Shown one piece after another: positions 37,501 through 48,800 of a stretch of 64,000 bases of DNA. Position 1 is the stretch's first letter, and every line of letters starts with the position of its first letter. The position numbers were made by a program, and so were the translations under genes. Source of the DNA: a virus; IMG/VR virus record IMGVR_UViG_3300037189_010507, positions 26,572-90,571 of that record, one strand, 5' to 3'. Under the pieces are notes generated by a model that was not told the origin of the DNA, did not search any database, and saw only the letters and a program-made list of their open reading frames with translations.

Positions 37501-38488
37501 CAGAGTTGCTTAGATTTGATCTAAGAGTAGTTGTAGATACTGTATCGTTTGTTTTTTTAATTCTCCAACCAGTTGATATAGTCAACTTTAAATCTTTTTT
37601 CATATATTTACCATAAGTTGAAGATGTGTTAAAAACATTCCAATCTTTATTGGTATTATCAAGTTTTAATGTTAACTTAGGTGTTTGTGTACCACCTATT
37701 GGCAAGCTGCTTTCATGAATATCTCTAGCTCTTGAAATATTATAATCAATTACATAATCAGTTATATCTACTTCATATATTGGAGATATTTCATGTATTC
37801 TTGCACAATCTAATGCATTTTTTGTAGAAAGAATTGTTAATTCAATTCTTTTTGCTAAAAAGTTAGATGAAATAGCATTGTTGCTATTTAAATATATATC
37901 CTTATAATAATCATCATCTCCAAAAACAACAGTTTGATCAAGAAGGTCTATTAAAGAAGCGTCTTTGACTTTGATTCTAAAAGACTTTACCTGACCATAG
38001 AATTCAGATGTTGTTACTCTAATTTTGTTAACTTTTCTTTCTTCAAAAGCAACGGTTATAACTGGTGATGATGCAAAAACACCGTTTGCTTGACTTCTTG
38101 TTTTTGACCACCATCCAAACTCAAAATCACCGTCTAATTTATTATCTTCATCAAGAGTCGTTGGCATACAGTGCCAACTACCATCAGCAGTGATAATCTT
38201 CCCATTTTTATCTAAAGAGTCAGTTACTGCCCAAGTAAAAGATTCTCTTTCATATCCATTAATTATTTGTCTTTCTGAAAAGTAGTAGCCAACGGAGCCT
38301 TCAGATGTTACAACATGAGCATCCGTATTAGTAATATTTGCATTACCTATTAGAACATTTTCTAATACTAAATGACGACTATCAAGAAGATCTATAAGAA
38401 CTTTTGGCTTCACATTTTGAGCAGGAGATTGTATAGCATTATTAAAATTACTGGTCAGGGTTGTGCCATATATACTTTTTGTTAACAT
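34574..38488 (-). CDS. large minor tail/hub protein with PA14-like and LamG-like inserts
   Basis: 1304 aa downstream of the TMP; LTAGVPYKIRIDF (PA14-like); FTIE...YHI..SYD.....YINGD...IDEFAIY (LamG-like); SEEHAQKLA...IQLGDRI C-terminus. Confidence 0.8.
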   Translation of the reverse strand: MLTKSIYGTTLTSNFNNAIQSPAQNVKPKVLIDLLDSRHLVLENVLIGNANITNTDAHVVTSEGSVGYYFSERQIINGYERESFTWAVTDSLDKNGKIITADGSWHCMPTTLDEDNKLDGDFEFGWWSKTRSQANGVFASSPVITVAFEERKVNKIRVTTSEFYGQVKSFRIKVKDASLIDLLDQTVVFGDDDYYKDIYLNSNNAISSNFLAKRIELTILSTKNALDCARIHEISPIYEVDITDYVIDYNISRARDIHESSLPIGGTQTPKLTLKLDNTNKDWNVFNTSSTYGKYMKKDLKLTISTGWRIKKTNDTVSTTTLRSNLSNSANTMSVINSDIFPTGGVNNNFIVTLNPNKENREIILCNAVTSTNTISLSERGIQQTDTNAHTAGSIVQFDPYEYVSMGTFYVDEWTTSTSDMTVSVTGSDWSKFLSETKLTNGFLVENKTMSEAVQNLVLRRNFPKADYSHNLPYSKGISQLGGVVRYSFSEDAIDKNGVLTTLNPGLRCRFWGMRPGFEADYKTIKADILEKNISVEERIKGEAVYAVPDSTRISTEISVSNTNALNLSNFSFLGNVNSVTYTKYFNGVVDGYYFPKTSGSQSLILDISNGGGRIYIDDILLAESYGENSSVSLTTISQNLTAGVPYKIRIDFFHGPGNANFSMSLHSYISSTKTLLNAAQFRSVVARDGLGSRNLTGIVPTTYAINNIALNHHQNDAFIHSNAQLSYATGLVSDNDNTGILLTNSAYIRIPNHESIAVTEEDFTIELICKFNDGHFSTGDGEYLSCWANNNPNNGFEFYYNDTSSHGFKIKTTGPTITTASVSDTTDLLQSEFYHILVSYDSASNLLSYYINGDLKDTDTVNGNVVLSQSDITVGGRGSYYNVASGAEQAPSTTRELIIDEFAIYKKCLTSQEVKNRYISSQIAYTEIFPYIYSEQENLRGAIDEITLADLGRFYIDEEGFARYEHYNRFFESSIDQHSNIQYSFSDTTNIIDGSLNVQLQTNKVVVKISAVTKVALFPEVLWAVEDKTTLGVVKLITPILSSHDGIHVSSTTSPVFPNVGYLAFTSAGQTEIVRYRSKSDNYFLNVERGKFGTPILGNVAANTKIREARSYEVTYDKKPAIAVKYPISTGIVYDEPNTVDIIKFESGPYTSRLIFAASANVDYDNHIYVQGEDPRTNIISSFEIRGNPIIATLNNAQITEKKDSLSENIRKYGLKELTIESPYITSEEHAQKLADFIIEKVSDPVPIITINTMCVPKIQLGDRIRITSFNSFDLTNQDYWVISQEFGYGESLSQSLTLRKVT

Positions 38489-39477
38489 TAGACCTCTTCC
38501 AAACTTAAATTACACTCATACAAGTATACATCTTCTGAGATGTATCTTCTAGTCAAAGTTTCACTATAATCTCTTACAAATACTGTATATGTAGACTCCG
38601 TATAAGGGGTTGTCCCCGACTCATTTTGATTTATAATTTTTAACTCATGAGCATCTGGGTCTTCAGCAATTGAATGAAGAAAATCTCTTCCATGTCTTGA
38701 ATCAACAGTGTCATCCATTGCGTTTGGCAAATCCCTCCAAGCAATTGTGAATTGCCTCCTGCCCGAAGTTGATTCTCTTTTATAATATCTATTTTTTTTA
38801 TTATTCCAGTTAACTGTTTCAACAAAATTTGGAACTAAAGATATATCAAGTTTTCTTTGATGATTTGTTAAAGGCTTACCATCTAATATCAATAATGTTC
38901 TTATAGAGGTTTCATCAATATATGATGGAGAAAATCTAATTGGAGCATTTATAATTATTCTAGACTGTATAGAGACTTGTTGTCTCATGTAACTAATTAA
39001 TGTTGAATGAAAAGCAGTAATTGCAGTAATGTTAGATGATGCAGATGCTTTAGCAATCTTTTTTGATGCTGGAGTTACAGTTGTTGTAATATCAGCAAAT
39101 GCAAGGGCAGATGTAGTTTTTAAAGCAGATACTGATGTATCTAATGATATCGAAATGGATGATGAAGCATTCGTAGTCTTTTGTGAAGCTACAGAAACTG
39201 ATACTGTAGAGTGTATCAATGTAAGAACATTTAAAATTTGTAATGGAGTTGACTCACAAATTAACTGAATTTCAACTTCAGAAGAAACATTTGTTACCTT
39301 AGTAGCAGAAAATGAATTACTTGATTCAATTGAGATTGAAGATGAAACATTAATAATTTTTGTTGCAGATGCCGTAACTTCTGTATTAATAAAGGAATTA
39401 ATATGAATTATTTCAGCACCAATATAAAAATCGATGTCGCTAAGTTTTGGACCTATTTCATAATATTCTTCGGTCAT
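38488..39477 (-). CDS. distal-tail-like protein with N-terminal 20-aa repeats
   Basis: C-terminal ~140 aa paralogous to 39477..39896. Confidence 0.7.
   Translation of the reverse strand: MTEEYYEIGPKLSDIDFYIGAEIIHINSFINTEVTASATKIINVSSSISIESSNSFSATKVTNVSSEVEIQLICESTPLQILNVLTLIHSTVSVSVASQKTTNASSSISISLDTSVSALKTTSALAFADITTTVTPASKKIAKASASSNITAITAFHSTLISYMRQQVSIQSRIIINAPIRFSPSYIDETSIRTLLILDGKPLTNHQRKLDISLVPNFVETVNWNNKKNRYYKRESTSGRRQFTIAWRDLPNAMDDTVDSRHGRDFLHSIAEDPDAHELKIINQNESGTTPYTESTYTVFVRDYSETLTRRYISEDVYLYECNLSLEEV
38950..39369 (-). repeat. seven tandem 20-aa (60-nt) S/T/I-rich repeats
   Basis: SATKIINVSSSISIESSNSF / SATKVTNVSSEVEIQLICES / ... / ASQKTTNASSSISISLDTSV / SALKTTSALAFADITTTVTP ... 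Confidence 0.7.
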
Positions 39478-39896
39478 TATTGCTCACCAAGACCTATTGT
39501 AACATCATAGTAAGCACAAGCGTTACCAATATCCCTTCTAACCAATTTTTCTGTATAAGAATTAACAAAGCATACATAAGTTTCAAATTCATCCGTTGGT
39601 GACATTTTTATAGATATAGTTACTGTACCTCTAGTGTTGGATATGGAATTAAGGTAGTCTCTTCCTTTTCTGCCATCAACAGTTTTATCAACAGTATTTG
39701 GAAGATATGTAAAAGTTAGATTGAAGTCTTTTTTATTTTTTCTAATGTATCTTCTAATAACCCCCCTTCCTAGTTCAACATCCGCTCCTGATTGCAGAAT
39801 AGTCATTGAAAATTTTCTATTATGTTCTGTTATTTCTTCACCGTTGATTGTAATAAGGTGTGTTAAACCTGTTTGCTGATTCTGTATTGCTGGCAT
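39477..39896 (-). CDS. distal tail protein-like
   Basis: immediately after the TMP; LP..VDKTVDG motif. Confidence 0.7.
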   Translation of the reverse strand: MPAIQNQQTGLTHLITINGEEITEHNRKFSMTILQSGADVELGRGVIRRYIRKNKKDFNLTFTYLPNTVDKTVDGRKGRDYLNSISNTRGTVTISIKMSPTDEFETYVCFVNSYTEKLVRRDIGNACAYYDVTIGLGEQ

Positions 39897-42800
39897 TATA
39901 GACCTCTATTAATTCCTCTATAGGTTGAGATAGTCGTATTATTCAACCCAGCAGCCTTTTGGTTTTGCGGGGCTACATTAATATTATAGTCTTTCATCAT
40001 TGACTCAAACCACTGCTTTTCACCAATAAAGTTATCAACATAAATATGAACAGTTGAAGTAGAAGATGTTTGCGGCTGTACAGGGCCAGCATATGATGGA
40101 GATTTTGGAGTATTAAATCTCATATCGTTAATTGCTTGAAGGGCAGCAATTCCAAGATTTTTTACAGCATTAGAATTTACAACATATTCTCCACCGTGAA
40201 GCATTGCTGGAACGCCCTGTGAAGCAAACGCATTAACAAATCCACCATTTGCATAACCGCCAATTCGATCTCTAATATCAGATTTTGACTCCCCGGTTAC
40301 ACCTCTTGCGTTTTCCATAATTCTTCTTAACATTAAATGAGTTCTTCTTCTAACACCTAAATCCTTAAAAACATTTTCCGGATTTAATTCAGATATCCTA
40401 GATCCACTATAACGAGCCAGATGTGGACCTGGGTAAAAATCTATATCATTCAAGCTAGTAGGATAATGCTCTCCATACCAGCTAATGAATCTTATACGGG
40501 GGTCTAATTTTTCAAAAACTTCTTTCAATTTAATTACTAAAGCTTCAGAATGAACAGAAGTGCTTCCAGGATTGATTGCATCAATATTATTTGGAAGCAT
40601 TATGTCTGAGTACACATAGGACAGCATTTTCATTACATCGACTGCAGAGCCAATAGAGTTTCCTCTTTGCAGAATGCCAACATCAAGACTTCCGGCTCTT
40701 GGATCAATACTAAATTGAAAATTAGATGTATTACCAAAACTTCCATCCGAAAGCGGTTGCCAAGTCGTTATATCGTAATTAGTACCCCTTGAACCACTTA
40801 TATTCACATTTAAAATCATTTTATCTGTCAGTGCTTTTAATTCTTCTCTGCTTGATAAAACTCCTGCCATTCTTGCCATTCTAATTGATTTAGATATATC
40901 TATGTTTTTTAAAACTCTATCTCTCATTTCGGCTTTTATCTTTCGTTGGTTAATATAAGTTGTATATTTATACATATCAGTAGGAAGTTTTCTATTAACT
41001 ACTCTACCCGTATATAAAGCATCCATAAATCTATCAAGGTCTGAATACCCGTATAGATCAGGATGAGTTGGCGATGAGTATCTGTGACCACGTATATTTG
41101 CTAGACTAAGTGCATTTTCAATTTGTTCATCAGAAAAATTACGTCCAGATGAACGAGCTATGCGCCAGAAATCTTCTATTGGGAATGATGCTGCTCTGAA
41201 CGCTGAACTTGCAAGCCTCGGTGTTTTATAGTACATTTCACGAGCCATATTGCGGATTTCAGAACTGCGACTACGATCGCTAAGGATATCAAAGTATCCG
41301 TCTTTTACTTCACCAATTTTTCTGCTTAAACGCCATACATGATGAGAATCAGCAGAATCTGGGAATGTTTCTCTACGCAAAACATCTCCTGAGCCAGATG
41401 CTCTTGCACCAATTAGATTTAAAATTCTTCCAGTTTCTTGAGATAATGTTGGTCTCAAACCTGCTGGCATTGGAATTCCTGTTCCTGGGAAGAATTGTTC
41501 AACATTAGACGCTTCTTGAATTGTTTTTTGCAAATTTGAGACACCCTTTATTCCCTTGCCAGCACCACTCATATATCCAGAGTTAGGAGCAAAAATTGTG
41601 GTATTACCTGCCATTGAACCAAATGAAGAAAGCAACCAACCAAGACGGCTAAGACCACTTCTATTCTTGTCAGCTGCATTGTATGCAGCCATTACTCCAC
41701 CAGATGGAGTGAAATCCATTCCAACTCTAAGAGCGTTTGAAGCCTTTAATAAAGCGCGATTTCTAAATATAGATCCAACAGGCAATTCTTTATTACTATC
41801 ACCAGTTATATTAAAAAGACTTGCATCATTTGTTGCCTCTGTAAAACCTTTAAAAGTATCAGCATACGAACCACTTGTTCCTGTTCCTCTCCCATACATT
41901 GCGCCAAACATTTCTTTTTGTAATCTATTCTTAACCGCCCTAAATGGAGAAGTAACAGCAGAAGTGAATTTACCCCAAAGACCCTTTTTCTTCTTTTTCA
42001 CATCTTGAGTTGCATTATATGTAATTGTTTGAATATCAAAATCAGGTATGTAATCAGCCATTCTAAAACCAGCAGCAGATGGTGTCTTAGTGTTCTTTTG
42101 ACCTTTTACAAGACCGCCAGTTTCGTAACCTCTAATAAGACCACCATTAAATACTTCATCAAGTGGAATTCTATCTATTATACGGCTAGGAATTGGAGGA
42201 GGAAGAACTGATTGTGGTGATAAAGATTCATTACGAACAGTTCTCATTGTTCTCATAAAGATAGCACCAGCAGGTGATTGTAAGAAATGCTGGAAAGGCC
42301 AAGAAAGAAGGTTAAACGCATTTTGGTCTATGCCTGTTGATGATGCAGCCATTGTTGCCATCCATTGCATATCTCTCATATTTCTAGCGTTAGCGCTATA
42401 ATCTTCATATGCTTGTTGCCATTCATCTGCTGACTTTGGAACCCTTCCTGCTTTCTTTGCTTCTTTAGATGCTTGCAATAATGATTTTTCACCAGCCTTG
42501 ACTTTTGCTTTTGCTAAAATATCTTTTATTCTATTAAAATTGTTCAAAAATATTTCTCTATCTAACTCTGTTTGAAATAACTTTCCACCAGTTATCATTT
42601 CTGGAAATTCTATATTGTTTGGCCTCCAACTTGATAATGGAGGTGTCATAACTTGAACTGATGGATCTAGGAATTCCATCATTGCGCTAAGTCTGTCAGA
42701 AAGAGCATATGAATATTTTGAATAACTTCCATTAGTAACGGTAGTAACATTGTGCTTTTTAATTATATTCATATAAACAAAAGCTAAAAGTTTTGAAACA

Positions 42801-45800
42801 TCAGTTTGATTAAAATCAGCTAGAGAGAAAATACCACCGATATTAAGATTCCTTCCACCACCAGTACCACCATTTAAAACAGAAAAGTTAAATGAAGCAC
42901 TTGGGAATAAAGCATTTTCTGGTATAAAATCCATTTCATGTAAGCCTAAATATTTAGCATCTGATTGTTTAGTTGCTCTCCTCATAACAGTTATCAAATA
43001 GTTGCCAATACCATCAGCTGGATTAGCACTATAGGATTCAAAATTAACACCTATAGCCATATTCTCTGAAAAATTCCTTTGTAATTTTTCTAAATTTCCT
43101 TTCTTTAACATCTCATAGAGTTGCTGTCTAACATTCAAAGGAAATACATCAAATTCAGATGAAAGATTTGACATTTTAAATCCGCTATAATAACCAGTTC
43201 TTGATTTTTCAATTCTATCTTTTATACTTGCTATTCTTGAATCTCTAATAAATTTTATTCTTTGTTGTTGATTTATCTCATTTAATATAGCAAGATTTTC
43301 TGGTGTCGGATTTGCAATTCTATTCCCTGTGCCAAAAGAACCTCTTATATTTCTCTTAAAAGGAATTAGGCTTGAAGCTAAATCAAATGTTTTTTCTTTT
43401 ATTGAAATGCCAAGTTCGCTATAAGCTTTTTTTAATTCTGGGAAATTAAGACCAAATGCGTTGCCAATATCGCCAAGCACACTATCATCTCTTAAACTTT
43501 TTGGTTTTCCAAGTCTTTCTCCAAAATATTCAGCAGTCTTTGATTTATATTCAATTCCAAAAGGGCCTCCGTCTGCTTCTCTATAAAATTTCTTAGGTGT
43601 TGACTTAGGATTCTTAATTAATCTTTTAATATCAGTTATTTCATTACCAATTTTGACAGCTGTTGGATATTTTGCATTAATTTTATTTCTCAAATTGTAA
43701 TATGGATTCAACATTGTCTTATATATTGAACGAGGAAGTGAGAATTCTTGCGTATCAAGGTTCAAACCGGCTTCATAGGCATTACCAAAAAATCTTCTTA
43801 CTTTGTTACCACCATACAAGTCACCCCAGTTAGGCATAAACTCGCCTCTCCTAGCGAGATCAGCATCTCTATTTAAAAGACTTTGAACTTTCATTGCTTT
43901 TTGATGATAAAAATATTCAGGATAACTCATATCTTCAAGAAGACCACGTGAAGATGGGCGCATACCCCTTGTCTTTCTCATTAAAATAACTTTCTTTAAA
44001 TCTTGTAATTCTTTATATTGTTTATATAGTTTTGGATTCTTATTGAAAAAATTTGCCTTCTTAGCCCAGTATGCATCGGCTAGTGTTTCACGACCTGCTT
44101 TAGTAAATAATTGCGAAGTTGTTTTAAATCCTGATTGACTTCCTGTTTTAAACTTGCTAAGTCCAGATTTAATTCCAGATATTCCAACAACAGGGTCAAG
44201 AGCAAGTAGAGCCAACATATCTCCACCCATATTTGTTGCCATGTATGCACCAGAACCCTCTTTTGCAATTCCAGTCTTATCAAGACCATAATAAGCCAAC
44301 AAACCGCCTGGACTTAAAATAGTTCCTTTACCAAGAATTGACCTATTCTGAGAAGCCTCTTTCATCGCTCTTTCTGAGGCAGACATTGGTATGAAGCCAG
44401 CAAGACCGAATGGCCCTCTATCTAGCCCCATTAATTCTCTGTAGTCTTTTCCTGTTGTAACCATCTCCTTGGCAGCTTTTAATGTCTGACCCAAGGATGT
44501 TTGCATGAAAGGACTTGCAATCAGTTGGTTAAATAGACTTCCTTTAGCCTGTGACTCTCCAATACCAGCCTTGCCAAGAAGGGTTGAACCTAAAGCAACT
44601 GCAAACTCTGGAGCAAATGAAACGCCAGCAAGGAATGATGAAACACCAATCTTTGCTGTATTTGCAACGCCAGTGACAACTTTTCCTAATGTCTTATCCC
44701 AAAGAGAAACTTTTGCATTTTCCGGCTTATAAGCCAAATCACTAAATGGATTTAATACCTTTCTTTGATTAGCAACATTGTATCCACTTTCTTTCATCGC
44801 CTTTATTCTGGCTGATGTTTGATCCATCATTGCTTGATAGTTGTATTTGTAAATTCCTTCTTGATCAGCTTTTCTAAAATCTGCAGCTGAGGACAGTTTC
44901 TTTTTGCCCTTTACAAGACCGCCAATTGCGTAACTATCAAAATTAGTATTAAAATTATCAAAACCTTTTGGATCTGGTACTCTTACTGCACCAGTTCCTT
45001 TGCCCATTACCCATACTGAATTTTGGCTAAATGGCATTGTAATTTTGTTTAACTCTGTAGGCTTTTTAGTAAAGTATCTTAAGTAAGCATCTCTAGCTTG
45101 CCTGTTAATAAAAGCATTATTAGCAGAGCCAAAACTCTTTGGAGTTTTTGACATTTGACTCAATACGCTAAGTTCTTGATTAAAGTGCTCTGGTAGAGGG
45201 ATTTTATCTTTACCACTCATCTTTTGCCCTCTCATAAATGAATGTCCACCTGTACCGAGAGGAGGATTGTAAGCAGTGGCTCCAGCAGGGAAGTTCTTAT
45301 TACCTACAGCGTATTTTTTAATCCAGCCAAAAACAGCCATTCTATTTTTTACAACCATCTGCTGTAAGGCTGTTGCTAGATTTGCAGTTTTTGCAAAATG
45401 AGTACCACCATAATCATCCCATGCACCATCTTCAATGGCTAATCCACCACCCATCCAGCCATCTTTTGTTTTTACACGGTTTCTCCATTTAGGACCAATC
45501 CCCTTCCATGCATCTCCAGTTTCAGCAAAACCAATTGCATTCATGTAGGAACTAGATAGGCCTCCGTGTTTTTGTTGCCATACCCATTCTTTATATGCAG
45601 GATCATTAAATTCTTTTTCATCAAATCTTCTTGCGCCTTTAGGAACAATTCCACCAACAGCATATGGTTTAGGCTTGTATGTTCCTTGATTAATTTGTTG
45701 CATCATTCCCCATCCGTATTTCTTAACGGCTGAGTTTCTTACAACATATTCACCACCATGAAGAATTGCTGGGATACCTTGCTGAACTGGACCCTTTGTT

Positions 45801-48800
45801 GAACCACCCATTGCATATGGAATACCACCTTTATAATAACTAGATGGAGTTAAATTATAAGTACTATCATTTAGCAAATACTTTGTTTTATCAAGAACCA
45901 TTCTTGCAACCATTCTCGCTTTATTTGCAACAGTTCCAGACCTATTCCAACTATCATTTGTATTTTTAAACATAATGTCCAGATCACGAATTGATACATT
46001 TTCATTTGTTCTTCTTGGAAGGAAATATCCCAAAGTCTTTGACAAAAGAACACCTTGATCAGATTGAGGATATGCCCTCCTTCCTGCTGTTATAATTGCC
46101 GTTCTTAAAGAGACTGCATCTGTTGGAGTCGCAGTTACAGGAGTACTGCTTCCTGCCCTCATTCCAGCGTTATATAAGCCTGTACCAAGTGCTATTGACT
46201 CTTGGCGAGTAAGTGCCCTGCCCCCTGTTGCTCCCCCAAGACCGGGACCTGTTGCACCAGAAGTGTCTGCATTAGTGCCAGCCCCACCAGTAGAATCACC
46301 TGTATCAACAAGTGACTGATATTTCTTGTAGATTTCAAAAAGCTTCTTAAAAGATTCAGATTTAGTATCAATAACTGTTGTTAATGTATTTGTGAGTCCT
46401 TGATACTTTCTTGTTAAAGCATTAATGCTTGCATCAATTGTTTTATTCCATACACCATTTACACCAAATGGATTATTTTCAGTTAATACTCTGCCAATTG
46501 CTTCAAGCGAAGAAGTCAATGGGCCTGATGCGTTGACCCCAATCTGAGAGAGGGCACCGCCAAAAGAGTCCGAGAAGACAGTCCCCATGCTATTAGCAAT
46601 CGCTCTTGCTCCAATAAAGCCATTACCACCCTCAATAAGTTGGTTAAGCATTGTGTTGAATTCTTCGGCAGTCGTTGGAGGGAATTCTGTAATCTTCTTG
46701 GCAGCATCAGTAAATGACTTAATCATGTCATCAAAATACTTACTTGCTTCTTGCTTTGCTAACTTAATAGAATCAATTAAGTCTGCTCTATTTTGCTCAG
46801 CGACTTCTTTTGCTCTATCTTGATTAATGTCATTAATCTTTTCGGTATCTTGTGTTTCTTGTCTGGCTGCTTGATCTGCAATATTTCTTGCTTCATCAAT
46901 GTTTCCAGCGTATACAGCCATAGCATAACTGCGTCTGCTATTTATTCTATTAAGGGATCTTTCAGCCTCTGCTTCTCTTAATTTATTCTGATATTCTTGT
47001 TCTTTTGTTAATCTGCCCTCCGCCTTAGCAACATCTTCAATTTTCTTTATTTGTTCATCATAAATTGCAAGTGCAGATTCTTTTTGATTTTTTAGTACAT
47101 CTTGTATACTTTCAACAACACCTTGCATCGTGTCTTTAATACGATCTGCAATTTCTTGTTGAAGTTCTTTCTTTAAGCCCTTAAGAACAGCAGCAATCCT
47201 TTTTGCACCATCTTCTGCTCCATCTTCAAACCCTTGACCAGATTGATTAGCAATTGTTTCTTGAGCATCGTCTGCATCTACATCAACGCTATTTTCATCT
47301 TTACCGCCAAAGAGATCCAGTTTTCCTTTACTCTTTTTGACACCACCCTTAGCAAGTTTATCAACAGCGCCTTTTGCTTTTTCAACTCCAGAATCAATGC
47401 CTCTTTTAAGCGTGTCACCAGCTGAATTAACAGCATTTGCAACTGTTCTTACAGTGCCGACATATGCATCTCTAGCATTTTTTAAACCACCTAAAACAGC
47501 ACCACCTGCTGCTCCTAAGAATCTTCCAAGGATTGGTATTCTTTTAACTTGACCTAAAACCCATTCAACAAAGCCAAAAAATAAATCTGTTGCTTGTTCA
47601 ATACCCCATGCCCATGCTTTCATAAAAGCAGTTGGAATTTCAAAAATCAAATTAATAATTTGCTTAACAAGGAAACTCATTATTGTAATTCCAAGTTTTA
47701 CAACGCCTCCAAAGACATTAGCAAAAGCTGCTGCTAATGCTTTTAGGGCATCACCCCATTTTCCTTGAAAAATATTAACAACAAATTTAACAAGATTAAC
47801 AATTCCATAAAGATATGGTTGAATTATATTTTCTACCAAAAACTTAAAAACATTTGCAACAAATTCAAGAATTTTTGTTAATCCATTAAAAGCACTTCCA
47901 AGACCGCCAATAGCGCCTTCTGCGCCATCTGCGCCACTACCGAAGGAACTAAACAGATCGACAATGGGTCTGATTAAAGATTCAAATGTTGTTTTTAATG
48001 TACCAAGAACTTTTTTAATAGTTGCAAACCCAGAAGCGCCAGATTGCTTGAACTTATCCATGTTTTTCATAACAAGCGTTATTGCAACGCCAAGTGAAAG
48101 AATTATAATGCCTATACCAGATGCTATAAGAGTTATCTTAGTAAGTTTAATTGCATTATTGACTAATCCAAATGATTTTGCAAAACCGCCAACACTTGCT
48201 TGCATTCTTGCAAAAGCACCGGGTCCTGTACCAGTAAAAGCTAGAGTTTCAATTCGTAATAATCTTTGTGCTTCTTTTGCTCCTAATAATCCTTTTTGAT
48301 ACATCCCAACAGCAGCAGTTGGAGCACCTTTAATTGCAGAAAGGCTACTTGTTAATGCAGAAGATGATCTAGCACCAATTGTGTCATATGCTTGAAGAGC
48401 TCTACCTCTTATACCACCACCAGCAATTGAGAGCGCTCTTTCTTCTGAGATTTCTCTTCCGAGTCTCATAATTCTTCCACCGCCAAGAGATGAAGATGGA
48501 GATGTTCTTGTTATTCCAGTTCTTTCAAAGGCTTGCTGTCTAAGGTTAATTGCTTCACCAACATCAGCTGCTGATATTGATCTAAAGCCAGTTCTTCTTC
48601 CACGAAGACCAAATCTTTGTTCAATGTTATATCGTGTACCAGAAGCACCAGATCTTCTTAAACCCATTTGCTCCATTGAAAACTCTTCTTCTGCGAATGC
48701 TTTACGAGCAGCAGAAGGGATTCTTGCGGTAGGGTCTAGGGGATCAATAATGCCAGCAGATGTTCTGACGAGTCTTCTTAGTCTAGCAGCAGGAGTTGCC

